From the human T2T-CHM13v2.0 reference genome, Homo sapiens, in NCBI RefSeq assembly GCF_009914755.1, contig NC_060927.1: a stretch of DNA of 64,000 bases; one strand, given 5' to 3'. Shown in pieces: positions 1-12,378 of this stretch (position 1 is its first letter; the number at the start of each line of letters is the position of its first letter). Position numbers and translations under genes: made by a program. Below the pieces are notes generated by a model that did not search any database, was not told the origin of the DNA, and saw only the letters and a program-made list of their open reading frames with translations.

Positions 1-549
<549 letters not shown>

Positions 550-1647
550 TGAAAAATTAAATAATATGAGATATTTATATAGTTATAAATAACCATTTCA
601 TCATATTTCATATTTCAAATTTCAAATATATAGCGGTATAGAGAAAGAAGAGTTTATGTGGCCTGTGTGGTCATGGGAAGGCCTTATAAACAAAAGTGTA
701 ATTTAAGCTACATCCCCAAGAATTGGTAGAATTCAGACAGGAGAGAAGTGAAGAGGTCACTCTGGCAGGAGCCTGGGTGAGGAAGTGTTAGACATAATCA
801 GGGAGCAGCAGGCAGGACAAAAGACTAAACAGGCAAGCTGAACAGTATGAGAAAGCACTACTGGAAACGTAGAACAGGGATAGATTGTGGAAGGATTAAG
901 TATCAGGACAGCGGTTTCAGAATTTATCCTAGAAGCAAAAAGGAGACATTAAAGAGTTCCCAATGAAGAAGATAAACCAATATTAATGTTCGTATTATAT
1001 CACTGTCAATAGCCTAGATCTAGCCAGGCTGCAGCAGCACCTTTTATTTATTATTGAATGGCTCTCCAAGCCATTTCCAGAATTCTTGTTCTTTTACTAA
1101 TCTGCAGTCACCTTGTGGGCAGCCAGAAGAAACAGGTTGCAGGGATTAGAGGTACTATTTTCATACCTCTTTTCTCTGATCATTCTATTTAAAGCATATG
1201 TTCTTGGAAAATAGTCTGAAATGCAGTGTTTTAGCCCTACACTTTGGAATAGGGCCCAGGAATCTAAAACGAACCACTGCCTAGAACCTAGCATCTGGGG
1301 AAATCCTAGATTTAAGAATAGCTAGATGTGGCAAGTAAGAAAACAGCAGCATCCAGTCCTCTCACCCACTCTCAGTCACATGACCAGGGTAGGTTTTCTT
1401 ACAAACTACATTAAAGAGGAAAGTGGACATGGAGCATTTCTTGGGAAAATGTGGCCTCTCATTCTCAGCTATACCATACACTTTTGTCTCTCTTGATTAT
1501 TTACTCCAAAGAAAACCATCATGGAAGGAAGAGGGGCAAGAGATTGAGCTCAAGCCACCAAAGAAGGTTCAATGGTTCTGTCCACAGACAATTCACTTTT
1601 GAAGTCTTAGTAAATAAGAATTTAAAAGCCTTCTTGTCATAGGCTAC

Positions 1648-1844
1648 CTGCATCTCTCTGGCTGTCCTTTCTTCCAGGTCCCTCTTTTTCAAACCTGTCC
1701 AATTTGCTTGGTTTTCTCTCTGATTGACTAGCTCGTTTGAATTTGGAGTACTTAGAGGGCTGCACCAGCCTGTAAGAGGATATCTTGTGGTCACTCAGTA
1801 TGGCATGAACCACAATAGTATCACTTTCCAGTGGATCTCGAAAT
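1648..1844 (-). CDS. CFAP44: CFAP44 coding exon (~exon 23), (R)[31 protein letters not shown]...KDSQRDA(G)
   Basis: 197 bp; acceptor TTTCAG at 1845, donor GTAGCC at 1647; phase 2 start matches the preceding exon (ends CG); peptide recognised as CFAP44. Confidence 0.92.
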
Positions 1845-2189
1845 CTGAAAAAATAAAACAAGTATTTGCAGTAGTCACCATTTTGATCATTCTGCATAAT
1901 TACTAAGTAATAAAATAAAACTACAATACACTATTCTTATTATATCATTATATTGTGCTAGACTCAAATTTTAACATATATATACCAACCAGGATGTCAT
2001 GAAAGTTGGATTGGACTTGATTAAAGAGCAAATATAGTCTTTCTAATGAAAATACTAAACAACTCATTATTAATCACTATAATACCAGTGTTTTCATAAT
2101 ATGTGGAAAAATGAAAATTTTGCAGGTAAACTGCAGTTTAATGGTAAATAGATCATATCAAATTCTGAGGAAATAGAATCCATCTCCCT

Positions 2190-2370
2190 ACGTATTATAT
2201 ATAATAGACTATATATTATATATTATGTATATATATCTATACATATACATATATAATAGATTATTATATAAAATGTATAATAGATATTATAATAGATATA
2301 TAGTTTGTGTATGTGTTTTGATGCATAGATATACAAATAAATATAAACATGTAAATTATATAAACAAATA
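2190..2370. repeat. (TA)n-rich low-complexity tract
   Basis: Runs of TATA/ATAT. Confidence 0.75.
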
Positions 2371-3151
2371 TGTTAATATCTGTGTGTGAGTGAAGGTCTC
2401 TAAATCAAAAAGTGGAAAAATAATTTTTAACTCTCATTCCCCAGAGACTAAAAAATGTTCATTCTTCACCTCACAAAATGTTTTAAAAATACATTTTGTT
2501 TTCTTAAATTACATGGTATGTGTGGTGTGTATATATGTGTGTGTTTCCATACATGTGGCAATGCAATTTATTTGCACATAGTAACTATAAAAAGAGCAGA
2601 CCTTGAGCAGTTGAATAAAAGTGCAAACCTCTTCATTTCTACTCTTTGCCCCTCAATTTTCCATGTTTAATGACATTTCATGAAAGTCCCAATCTATCAG
2701 ATTCCCCTATTTGCCTCTGTAAAAAACATTAAGCTCAGGAAATCATACTAATCTCTAGTTCATCTTTCTCTCATAGCCCACAGAGTCTTATTTTTAAAAG
2801 CTCTTCATCTATCAACTAAAAAAATTAATTAACAAATTTTTTTCATCAATTGCCTTGTTATTTGGGGGCATTGGTTCATAATTATCACACACACACAAAC
2901 AAGCACTTCTTAGAATTTAATTTATTTTTGTATAGATTGATTATTCCTAGCTTGTTTGCCTTTCTTACTATTTTTCTAACTTAATCTTTTAAACTCTATG
3001 TCTGCTTTTAAAATGATTTACTATTTCTTTTTAATTTTCCCTTTTCTTTCATACATACTATCTTTCTCATCTCTTTAAGACTTATTTCCTTTATGTATTT
3101 GCCCACTGGAACTTTTAAATTTTAGCCTTTCCATGAGACCCAGATTAACAT

Positions 3152-4148
3152 TGAGAAGTGAACCCAGCTGGACTTCCTGGGTTGAGTGGGGACTTGGAGA
3201 ACTTTTCTGTCTAGCTAGAGGATTGTAAACACACCAATCAGTGCTCCGTGTCTAGCTAAAGGATTGTAAATGCACCAATCAACACTCTGTAAAAACGCAC
3301 CAATCAGCGCTCTGTGTCTAGCTAAAGGATTGTAAGTTCACCAATCAGCACTTTGTAAAAACACACCAATCAGCACTCTGTGTCTAGCTAAAGGATTGTA
3401 AATGCACTAATCAGCACTCTGTAAAAATGCACCAATCAGCGCTCTGTGTCTAGCTAAAGGATTGTAAGTGCACCAATCAGCACTCTGTAAAAACGCACCA
3501 ATCAGCGCTCCGTGCCTAGCTAAAGGATTGTAAGTGCCCCAATCAGCACTCTGTAAAAAAGCACCAATCAGCACTCTGTGTCTAGCTAAAGGATTGTAAG
3601 CACACCAATCAGCACTCTGTAAAAATGCACCAATCAGTGCTCTGTATCTAGCTAAAGTATTTTAAGTGCACCAATCAGCACTCTGTAAAAACACACCAAT
3701 CAGCACTCTGGGTCTAGCTACAGGATTGTAAATGCACCAATCAACACTCTGTAAAAACACACCAATCAGCGCTCTGTGTCTAGCTAAAGGATTGTAAGTG
3801 CACCAATCAGCACTCTGTGTCTAGCTAAAGGATTGTAAATGCACCAATCCGCACTCTGTAAAATGGACCAATCAGCACTCTGTAAAATGGACCAATCAGC
3901 AGGAAATGGGCAGGGACAAATAAGGGAATAAAAGCTGGCCACCCCAGCCAGCAGCGGCAAACCACTCGGGTCCCCTTCCATGCTGTGGAAGCTTTCTTTT
4001 TTTGCTCTTCACAATAAATCTTGCTGCTGCTCACTCTTTGGGTCCACACCACCTTTAAGAGCTATAACACTCACCGCGAAGGCCCGTGGCTTCATTCTTG
4101 AAGTCAGCGAGACCAAGAACCCACTGGAAGGAACCAACTCTGGACACA
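3152..4148 (+). promoter_or_regulatory. 5' LTR12 with an expanded U3 CCAAT (NF-Y-type) tandem array
   Basis: 997 bp; about 21 CCAATCAGC-type units in a 66-bp (41+25) period; AATAAA TATA-equivalent at 3927-3932; poly(A) signal at 4013-4018. Confidence 0.93.
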
Positions 4149-4151
4149 TCT

Positions 4152-4169
4152 TGGCGACCCAGATGGGAC
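4152..4169 (+). other. Primer binding site for tRNA-Arg, with the major splice donor GTGAGT at 4181
   Basis: TGGCGACCCAGATGGGAC 3 nt after the LTR end; complementary to a tRNA-Arg(CCG) 3' end as recalled, typical of ERV9. Confidence 0.88.
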
Positions 4170-5377
4170 ATCGCCATGCAGTGAGTACCATCAGACCCCT
4201 TTAGCTTGCTCTTCTGCCCTATTTTTCCTTAGAATTCGGGGGCTAAATACTGGACACCTGTCAGCCAGTTAAAAGTGACTAGCGTGGCCGCCGGACTAAA
4301 GACATGGGTGTCAGGCTTTCTGGGAAAGGGCTCTCTAACAACCCCCGACTCTGGAGTTGGGAGCGTTGGTTTGCCTGGAAACAGCTTCCGCTTTTGGGCT
4401 GAGCCAACGGTCAAGAGAGAGGAAAATCATTCAGTTCTGGGGTTCTGACAAAAAGTTGGTTGACCCTGTAGCCATGAGTGGAACTCTCAAAGTCACGTCG
4501 CCCAAGCAAGGCTCACCTGTCTATCCTATCTATCCTGACACTTGCCTCCTGGGTCTTAATGCCTGTCAGACAAACTTCCTCCTGCCTCTCTTCTCTGAGG
4601 CTAATCCCGCTTCTAAAAACTACCCCGTCTCTGGTGCTTTTCTAGTTTCTCCTATAATGATTTCTAGTATAAACTTCAGGACTCTGTTCCCTTCTTTAGG
4701 CACCTGGGCTCACCAATCAGAAAGATATAATTTTTGCCCAAAGCCCCATTGGGTGGGGAGACCAACTATCCTTTTAGGATCCTTCCTCAGACAAGCGGGC
4801 CTAACAAAAGCTATTCCTGAAGCTAGGATGTGGGGAGCTTCAGAAATGATATCCTTCCTATTCAAGTGAGGACAAAAAGCGTCACTCTTCCAACCCCAGA
4901 GATCCCTTCCCTCCCTCAGGGTATGGTCCTCTACTTCATTTTGGGGGCATAACATCTTTATAGGACAGGGGTAAAGTCCCGATACTAACAGGAGAATGCC
5001 TAGGACTCTAACAGGTTTTTGAGTATGCATCAGTAAGGGCCACTAAATCCGATTTTTCTCGGTCCTCATTGTGGTCTAAGAGGACAGGCAAGAGTGCAGG
5101 TTTTCAAGAATGCATTGGTAAGGGCCACTAAATCCAACCTTCCTCTGTCCTCCTTGTGGTCTAAGAGGAAAACTAGTGTTTTTGCTGCTGCATTGGTGAG
5201 CACAACTATTCCAATCAGCAGGGTCCAGGGACCATTGCAGGTTCTTGGGCAAGAGGGGTTTCTGCTGCTGCATTGGTGAGTGCAACTATTCTGATCAGCA
5301 GGGTCCAGGGACCATTGCAGGTTCTTGGGTCGGGGGGAAGTAAACAAATCAAAACCGCGGGCGTTTTTTCCTTTCAC

Positions 5378-7060
5378 ATGGGAAACACTCAGGCATCAAC
5401 AGGCTCACCCTTGAAATGCATCCTAAGCAACTGGGACCAATTTGACCCACAAACCCTGAAAAAGAGGTGGCTCATTTTTTTCTGCACTACAGCCTGGCCC
5501 CAATATTCTCTCTCTGATGGGGAAAAATGGCCACCTGAGGGAAGTATAAATTACAATACTATCCTGCAGCTTGACCTTTTCTGTAAGAGGGAAGGCAAAT
5601 AGAGTGAAATACCTTATCTCCAAGCTTTCTTTTCATTGAAGGAGAATACACAGCTATGCAAAGCTTGCAATTTATATCCCACAGGAGGATCTCTCAGCTT
5701 ACCTCCATATCCTAGCCTCCCTATAGCCCCCCTTCCTATTAATGATAAGCCTCCTCTAATCTCCCCTGCCCAGAAGGAAATAAGCAAAGAAATCTCCAAG
5801 GGACCACAAAAACTCCCAGGCTATTGGTTATGTCCCCTTCAAGCTGTAGGGGGAGGGGAATTTGGCCCAACCCGGGTACATGTCCCCTTCTTCCTCTCTG
5901 ATTTAAAGCAGATCAAGGCAGACCTGGGGAAGTTTTCAGATGATCCCGATAGGTACACAGATGTCCTACAGGGTCTAGGACAAACCTTTGACCTCACTTG
6001 GAGAGATGTCATGCTATTGTTAGATCAAACCCTGGCCTTTAATGAAAAGAATGCAGCTTTAGCTACAACCTGAGAGTTGGAGATACCTGGTATCTTAGTC
6101 AAGTAAATGATAGAATGACAGCCGAAGAAAGGGACAAATTCCCTACCAGTCAGCAAGCCGTCACCAGTATGGATCACCACTGGGACCTCGACTCAGATCA
6201 TGGGGACTGGAGTTGCAAATATCTGTTGACCTGTGTTCTAGAAGGACTAAGGACAATTAAGAAAAAGCCCATGAATTATTCAATGATGTCCACCATAACT
6301 CAGGGAAAGGAAGAAAATCCTTCTGCCTTCCTCAAGCTGCTATGGGAGGCCTTAAGAAAATATACTCCCCTGTCAGCCGACTCCCTCGAGGGTCAATTTA
6401 TCCTAAAAGATAAGTTTATTCCCAGTCAGCCACAGGTATCAGGAGAAAGCTCCAAAAGCTAGCCCTGGGCCCTGAACAAAATCTGGAGGCATTATTAAAC
6501 CTGGCAACCTCAGTGTTCTATAATAGGTACCAAGAGGAACATGCCGAAAAGGAAAAGCGAGATCAGAGAAAGGCCGCAGGCTTAGTCATGGCCCTCAGAC
6601 AAACCTCGGTGGTTAGAGAGGACAGAAAATGGAGCAGGCCAATCACCTGGTAGGGCTTGTTATCTGTGTGGTTTGCAAGGACACTTTAAAAAAGATTGTC
6701 CAATGAGAAACAAGCTGCTCCCTTGCCCATGTCCACTATCCCGAGGCAATTACTGGAAGGTGCACTGCCGCAGAGGACAAAGGTTCTCTGGGCCAGAAGC
6801 CCCTAAACAGATGATCCAACAACAGTACTGAGGGCTCCCGGGGCAAGCGCCAGCTCATGTCATCACCCTCACTGAGCCCCAGGTATGTTTAACCATTGAG
6901 GACCAGGAAATTGACTTCCTCCTGGACACTGGTGCAGCTTTCTCAGTGTTAATCTCCTGTCCCAGACAGCTATCCTCAAGGTCTGTTACCATCCGAGGAA
7001 TCCTGGGACAGCCTGTAGCCAGGTATTTCTCCCACCTCCTCAGTTGTAATTGGGAGACTT
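5378..7060 (+). pseudogene. ERV9 gag-pro remnant (disrupted)
   Basis: [16 protein letters not shown] start; stops and frameshifts (e.g. TAG 5600-5602); CYLCGLQGHFKKDC zinc knuckle at ~6658-6700; gag stop TGA 6829-6831; protease active site FLLDTGA at ~6914-6934. Confidence 0.92.
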
Positions 7061-7279
7061 TGTTACAGATAGTAAGTATGCTTATCTAATCCTACATGCC
7101 CATTCTGCAATATGGAAAGAAAGGGAGTTCCTAACCTCTGGAGGCACCCCCATTAAATATCACAAGGAAACCATGGAGTTATTGCACACAGTGCAAAAAC
7201 CCAACGAGGTGGCAGTCTTACACTGCCGAAGCCATGAAAAGGGGAAGGAGAGGGGAGAACAGCAGCATAAGCGGCTGGC

Positions 7280-7610
7280 AGAGGCAGAGAAAGACCAGCA
7301 GAGAGGAAAGAGAGAGAGAGAGAGGAAGAGACAGAGAGACAAAGACAGAGAGAAAGAGAAAGACAGGAAGTCAAAAAGAAAGAGAAGGAAAGAGAGGAAG
7401 AGACAGACAAAGAAGGAGTCAGAGAGGAAGAAAGAAAGAGACAGAAAGTCAGAGAGAGAGAAAGAGACAGAGAGACAAAGAGAGAGTCAGAGAGAGAGAG
7501 AGAGAGACAGAAAGTCAAAGAGAGAGAGGAAGAGACAGACAAAGAGGGAGTCAGAAAGAGAGAAAGAGACAAAGAAGCCGAAGAGAAAGAAAGAGAGATG
7601 GAAGTAGTAA
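7280..7610 (+). repeat. GA-rich polypurine low-complexity block inside the provirus
   Basis: (GA)n/(GAAA)n/(GACA)n mosaic that generates spurious K/R/E-rich and S/L-rich ORFs. Confidence 0.92.
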
Positions 7611-7619
7611 AGAAAAGAG

Positions 7620-8345
7620 TGTACCCTATTCCTTTAAAAGCCAGGGTAAATTTAAAACCTATAATTGATAATTGACAGTCTTCTCCATGACCTTATAACA
7701 CTCCAATACCACCTTGTTGTCAGTGTAAACAAGGGTGTAGCCCGAAAGCACTGAGGCCACTGACAACCCGTAGCCTTCCTATCAGAGATCCTTGGCCCAG
7801 TGGCCCACAGATGGCCCAGGTGCATTCAATCTGTGGCGGTGGCTGCTTTGCTAGCAGAAGAAAGTGGGAAAATAACTTTTAGAGGTAACCTCATTGTGAG
7901 CACACCTCACCAGGTCAGAAATATCCTAAGTCAAAAAAAGAGGAAAGGCAAAGGGGTAGCTTACTGGCTCAAATCTTGAAGTGTGGGGCTGGTTCTGTTG
8001 GAAAAAGATGATTTGACCCAGCAGATTTACTAACAGGGGATCTAGGTCTTGATTGGTTGCCATACAGGGGTCTGACCAGACCTAGGAGGAACTCCCTTCA
8101 GGACAGGACAATAGATGGTTCCTCCTGGGCGATTGAGGGAAAAAGACTCAATGGGTATTCAGTAAGTTATAAGGAAACTCTTGTAGAGGCAGGGTTAGGA
8201 AAATTGCCTAATAATGGGTCCGCTCAAATGTGTGAGCTGTCTGCACTCAGCCAAACATTAAAGTACTTACAGAATCAGGAAGGAGCCATCTATACAAATT
8301 CTAAGTTAATATGGACTGAACGAGATCTTATTAATAGCAAAGAAT
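7620..8345 (+). pseudogene. Deleted pol fragments (RT start, connection domain, RNase H N-terminal half), apparently from a second gamma-like ERV lineage
   Basis: YPIPLKARVNLKPII; QPVAFLS.IL.PVA..WP.CIQSVA; DGSS...SAQ.CEL.AL...IYTNSK. Confidence 0.75.
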
Positions 8346-8499
8346 AACTGAAATCCCAAACTTACAAGGTTTTCAACAAAAGTAAAGTTTGCTAAAAGTT
8401 AACAGTGTAACATGTATTATTCTAACTCTAATCTTGAGGAAATCAGACCCTATCAGTACCCCTCAAAGCTTAAGTCCATCAGCACAGAGCCATACAACT

Positions 8500-9010
8500 A
8501 ATACCCCTAATTATAGGGTTAGGAATGGCTACTGCTACAGGAACTGGAATAGCCAGTTTATCTACTTCATTATCCTACTACCACACACTCTCAAAGGATT
8601 TCTCAGTTTGCAAGAAATAATGAAATCTATCCTTACTCTACAATCCCAAATAGACTCTTTGGCAGCAGTGACTCTCCAAAACCGCCAAGACCTAGATCTC
8701 CTCACTGCTGAGAAAGGAGGACTCTGAACCTTCTTAGGGGAAGAGTGTTGTTTTTACACTAACCAGTCAGGGATAGTACGAGATGCCAACCGGCATTTAC
8801 AGGAAAAGGCTTCTGAAATCAGACAACGCCTTTCAAACTCTCATACCAACCTCTGGAGTTGGGCGACATGGCTTCTCCCCTTTCTAGGTCCCGTGACAGC
8901 CATCTTGCTATTACTCACCTTCGGGCCCTGTGTTTTTAACCTCCCTGTCAAATTTGTTTCCTCCAGAATCGATGCCATCAAGCTACAGATGGTCTTACAA
9001 ATAGAACCTA
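8500..9010 (+). pseudogene. env transmembrane-subunit remnant
   Basis: Immunosuppressive domain LQNRQDLDLLTAEKGGL (8674-8724); first Cys of CX6CC replaced by TGA (8725-8727); hydrophobic WLLPFLGPVTAILLLL anchor. Confidence 0.9.
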
Positions 9011-9204
9011 ATGAGTTCAACTACCAACTTCTACCAAGGACTCCTGGATTGACCCACTGGCCCTTCGGCTGACCTAGAGAGTTACCCTCTGGAGGACACT
9101 ACAACTGCAGGGCCCCTTCTTCACCCCTACCCAGCAGGAAGTAGCTGGAGCAGTCATTGCCCAATTCCCAACAGCAGTTGGGGTGTCCTGTTTAGAGGGG
9201 GGAT

Positions 9205-9632
9205 TGAGAGGTGAAGCCAGCTGGACTTCCTGGGTCAAGTGGGGACTTGGAGAACTTTTCTGTCTAGCTAGAGGATTGTAAATGCACCAATCAGCGCTCT
9301 GTGTCTAGCTAAAAGATTGTAAATGCACAATCAGCACTCTGTAAAATGGACCAATCAGCGCTCTGTAAAATGGACCAATCAGCAGCATGTGGGCAGGGAC
9401 AAATAAGGGAATAAAAGCTGGCCACCCCAGCCAGCAGCAGCAACCTGCTCAGGTCCCCTTCCATGCTGTGGAAGCTTTGTTCTTTCGCTCTTCACAATAA
9501 ATCTTGCTGCTGCTCACTCTTTGGGTCTGCACCACCTTTAAGAGCTGTAAACACTTGCTGCAAAAGTCTGCGGCTTCATTCTTGAAGTCAGCAAGACCAA
9601 GAACCCACTGGAAGGAACCAACTCCAAACACA
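9205..9632 (+). promoter_or_regulatory. 3' LTR12 with a short U3 array
   Basis: 428 bp; same ends as the 5' LTR but only about 4 CCAAT-type units. Confidence 0.93.
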
Positions 9633-10586
9633 ACATGAAGGAAAATATAGCTGGTTTTGATCACATAAAAATTAAAAATTCTGCACAGTTAGAAAAATAT
9701 GAACAAAGTTTAAGGCAAATGGCAGAGCAGGAGAAACCATTTACAATATGTAGAATAAAAGGCAAATACCTGTAATATAGATAAAGAGGCTAAAATTAAA
9801 AATAATGTGGGAAATAAACAGAACCCAAAGAAAAATGAACAAGAAATCTAAACAGAGAATTCTCAGAAGAATACATGTAAATGAACCACAGGCATATGAA
9901 AGGAAATGCTGAACCCCACCAATAATAAAAAGGATGCAGATTATTCAACCAAGAGTTATTATATTTTGCCTATTAGATTGGTAAAGATGAAAACATTGGT
10001 AATACCCAGTGTTATTTGGTACAACTTTATCCTCTCCCCACATTCCAGTCAGATAGCTAGCTAGGTTCTTGTTATCTCCTTCCATATGTTCCCTGAAAAC
10101 ATGATGCTATGGTGGATGGAGGGTCCCCAGATCAGGGACGGAAAGCAGGAGTTAAGGAAAAGAGGATTTAATAACAAGGACGGTAGGGAGGCAGAGGTGA
10201 ACCCTGACTCAAAGGAGGATGGGCAAGTGGGTCCCAGAGCTGTGGGCACTTGATCCCTGCATCTGGAAGTATCTGGGGAGATGGTAAGGCCTTAAGAGTG
10301 ATGTCTGTATGTGTGTTTGATCTATGGCACAGGTGGCTCCTGGTCTCACAAAACTTTGCCTGCTCCAGCAGAGCACAAAAACCACAGAATGAAAGGACTA
10401 AAAGAATCAGGCATTCTGGGAAAATGAGACAATGAGCTTCAGCTGTACTAAGACTGACTTTCCTATCTTCTTGATAGAATAGAAGCCCAGAGTCAAAGTC
10501 AGATTTAAGTTAGTTTAAATAAAATAAAGAACAGCCATGTACTTACATACCTAAGTTTGCGAGTTAGGATTCATATATATGTATGA

Positions 10587-10588
<2 letters not shown>

Positions 10589-10639
<51 letters not shown>
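10589..10639. repeat. (CA)n microsatellite, about 25 units
   Basis: Perfect AC run. Confidence 0.97.
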
Positions 10640-10642
<3 letters not shown>

Positions 10643-11303
10643 CTTATATATACTGTGAATACTTATTAAAGCCAAACATAGGCTGCTATGTTGAGAGTTC
10701 TTCCTGAGAGGAACTTCTTCACCACTTTCATCTTTTAGCAGGTAGCAATCTGGTTATAATTCAGGGATTCAAATACTGAAATATTATCTAGGAATTCAAC
10801 TATTCAGGGATTTAATACCTGGTAAGAAGTGCTATAACTTTCAGAGTGAAGTACCAGAGAGGAGACAGCTGCACGATAGAGACAGAGGGAGAGAGAGAAC
10901 CAGAGTCAGAGAGAGAGAACCAGAGTCAGAGAGAGAGAGCTCTGAAGATCTGCAGAGGGCTCCCTTCCACTCTGCAGTTAAGCACTAATCAGCACTGCAT
11001 AAGAAGGAGTCTATCTGAGGCTGGGAAAAGAAACACCTGAAAGGAACAGGCAGAATAATCCACAGATCTCACACAGTTGAAATAGCTTGTGTTCCCATAA
11101 ACCTGATAATACATGGGACATAGGATATTCTGCTCAGAAGAGTGTTGTCTTAGTAGCTGGAAAAAAATTAGCCCTAGACTAAAGGCTGCTCTGATCTCAC
11201 CTAACAAAGATTAAAGGCAAGCCTCAAAAAAAAAAAAAATCTTTTTCCATGTAACTTAAATGAATTCCAGAACAAAGCTCAAGAATAGTTAAAAGTATAC
11301 AGA

Positions 11304-12373
11304 GATTAAGATGGCAGATAGGAGGCAGGATTAGCTTGCGGATGGGGACAGAGCATCATGTGGAGACTCACATTATGAACTTTTGCTCCAAGAACTATCA
11401 CAGGAACATACCCAGGAAAGCTGAGAGAATCCACAGACCCTTTGAAGGAACTGGATCACCCATGCAGGTTCCCTGAGATGCCAAAAAACTGAATCTGCCT
11501 GCTTTCTCAATGGGGAGGCTCCTGGTCTGGGGCAGTTCTCAGCCCTGCTCAGCAGCTGCCTGGAAATAGACTTAGTGCTGTTGGGAGGGTATGGTAGGAG
11601 TGAGACCAGCCTTTAGGACTGTGGGTTGCATGGGAGCAAGGTCAGGCCTATGACTACCAGCTTTCCCCAACTTCCCTGTATGACTCAGCAGAGGCAGCCA
11701 TAATCCCCCTGGGAATATAACTCTATTGGACTGGGATCCACACCTCCATCCCCCACAGCAGCCACAGCAAGTCCCGCCCAAGGAGAGGGTGAGCTCAGAC
11801 ACACCTATCCCTGCCCCCACCTGGTGGTCTTTCTCTACCTACCCTGGTAGCTGAAGACAAAGGTCATAATATCTTGGGAGCTCTATACGGCCCTGCCCAC
11901 TGCCTGAGAAACCTGAATACTTAACTAGGTGTCTCTAGGGCAAGTTTGCATCCTCCCTACAGGACCACAGCTGATGGGCTCTTGAAAGCACCACCTCCTG
12001 GCTGGAGGCCAACCAACACAAAACGAGCACACTAAACAAAAACACAACCAAGGACCCTCACAGAGTCCACTTCACTCCCCTGCTACCTCCACTGGAGCAG
12101 GTTCTGGTATCCATGGCTTCAAGACCTGAAGACGGATCACATCACAAGACTCTTTGCAGACATTCCCCAGTACCAACCTGGAGCCCGGTAGCTCTGCTGG
12201 GACCCAGGGGAAAGGGTGGGGGATGGTGAAGGATTAAAGACTACACATTGGGTACAGAGTACACTGCTCAGGTGATGGGTGCACCAAAATCTCAGAAATC
12301 ACCACTAAAGAACTTTTCATGTAACCAAACACTACCTGTTCCCCCAAAAACCTATTGAAATTGAAAAAAAAAA
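11304..12373 (+). mobile_element. L1PB/L1PREC2-like element: 5' UTR joined directly to the 3' terminus
   Basis: Starts GATTAAGATGGCAGATAGGAGGC; switches at ~12200 to the L1 3' end (CAGAAATCACCACTAAAGAACTT) and poly(A); degenerate TSD AAGTA(TA)TACAGA at ~11293 and ~12937. Confidence 0.8.
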
Positions 12374-12378
12374 TTTAA

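Larger units (their letters stand above)
3152..9632 (+). mobile_element. ERV9 (HERV9/LTR12) provirus, internally deleted and non-autonomous, antisense to CFAP44
   Basis: Two TG...CA LTRs; 4-bp TSD ACAT (3148-3151, 9633-9636); PBS; PPT AGAGGGGGGAT at ~9194-9204; gag, pro, partial pol and env remnants. Confidence 0.96.

Noticed and set aside
3209-3900. Regular repeat array resembling a CRISPR array
   Set aside because: No unique spacers; it is the LTR12 U3 tandem repeat in eukaryotic DNA
5185-5330. About 65-bp direct duplication before gag
   Set aside because: As recalled, a common feature of the ERV9 leader rather than locus-specific
7050-7668. 139-185 aa K/R/E-rich and S/L-rich ORFs
   Set aside because: Produced by the GA-rich low-complexity block; only the first ~60 codons are an RNase H remnant
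8389-8727. Possible functional env or syncytin-like ORF
   Set aside because: SU is deleted, the frame is broken, and a stop replaces the first Cys of CX6CC
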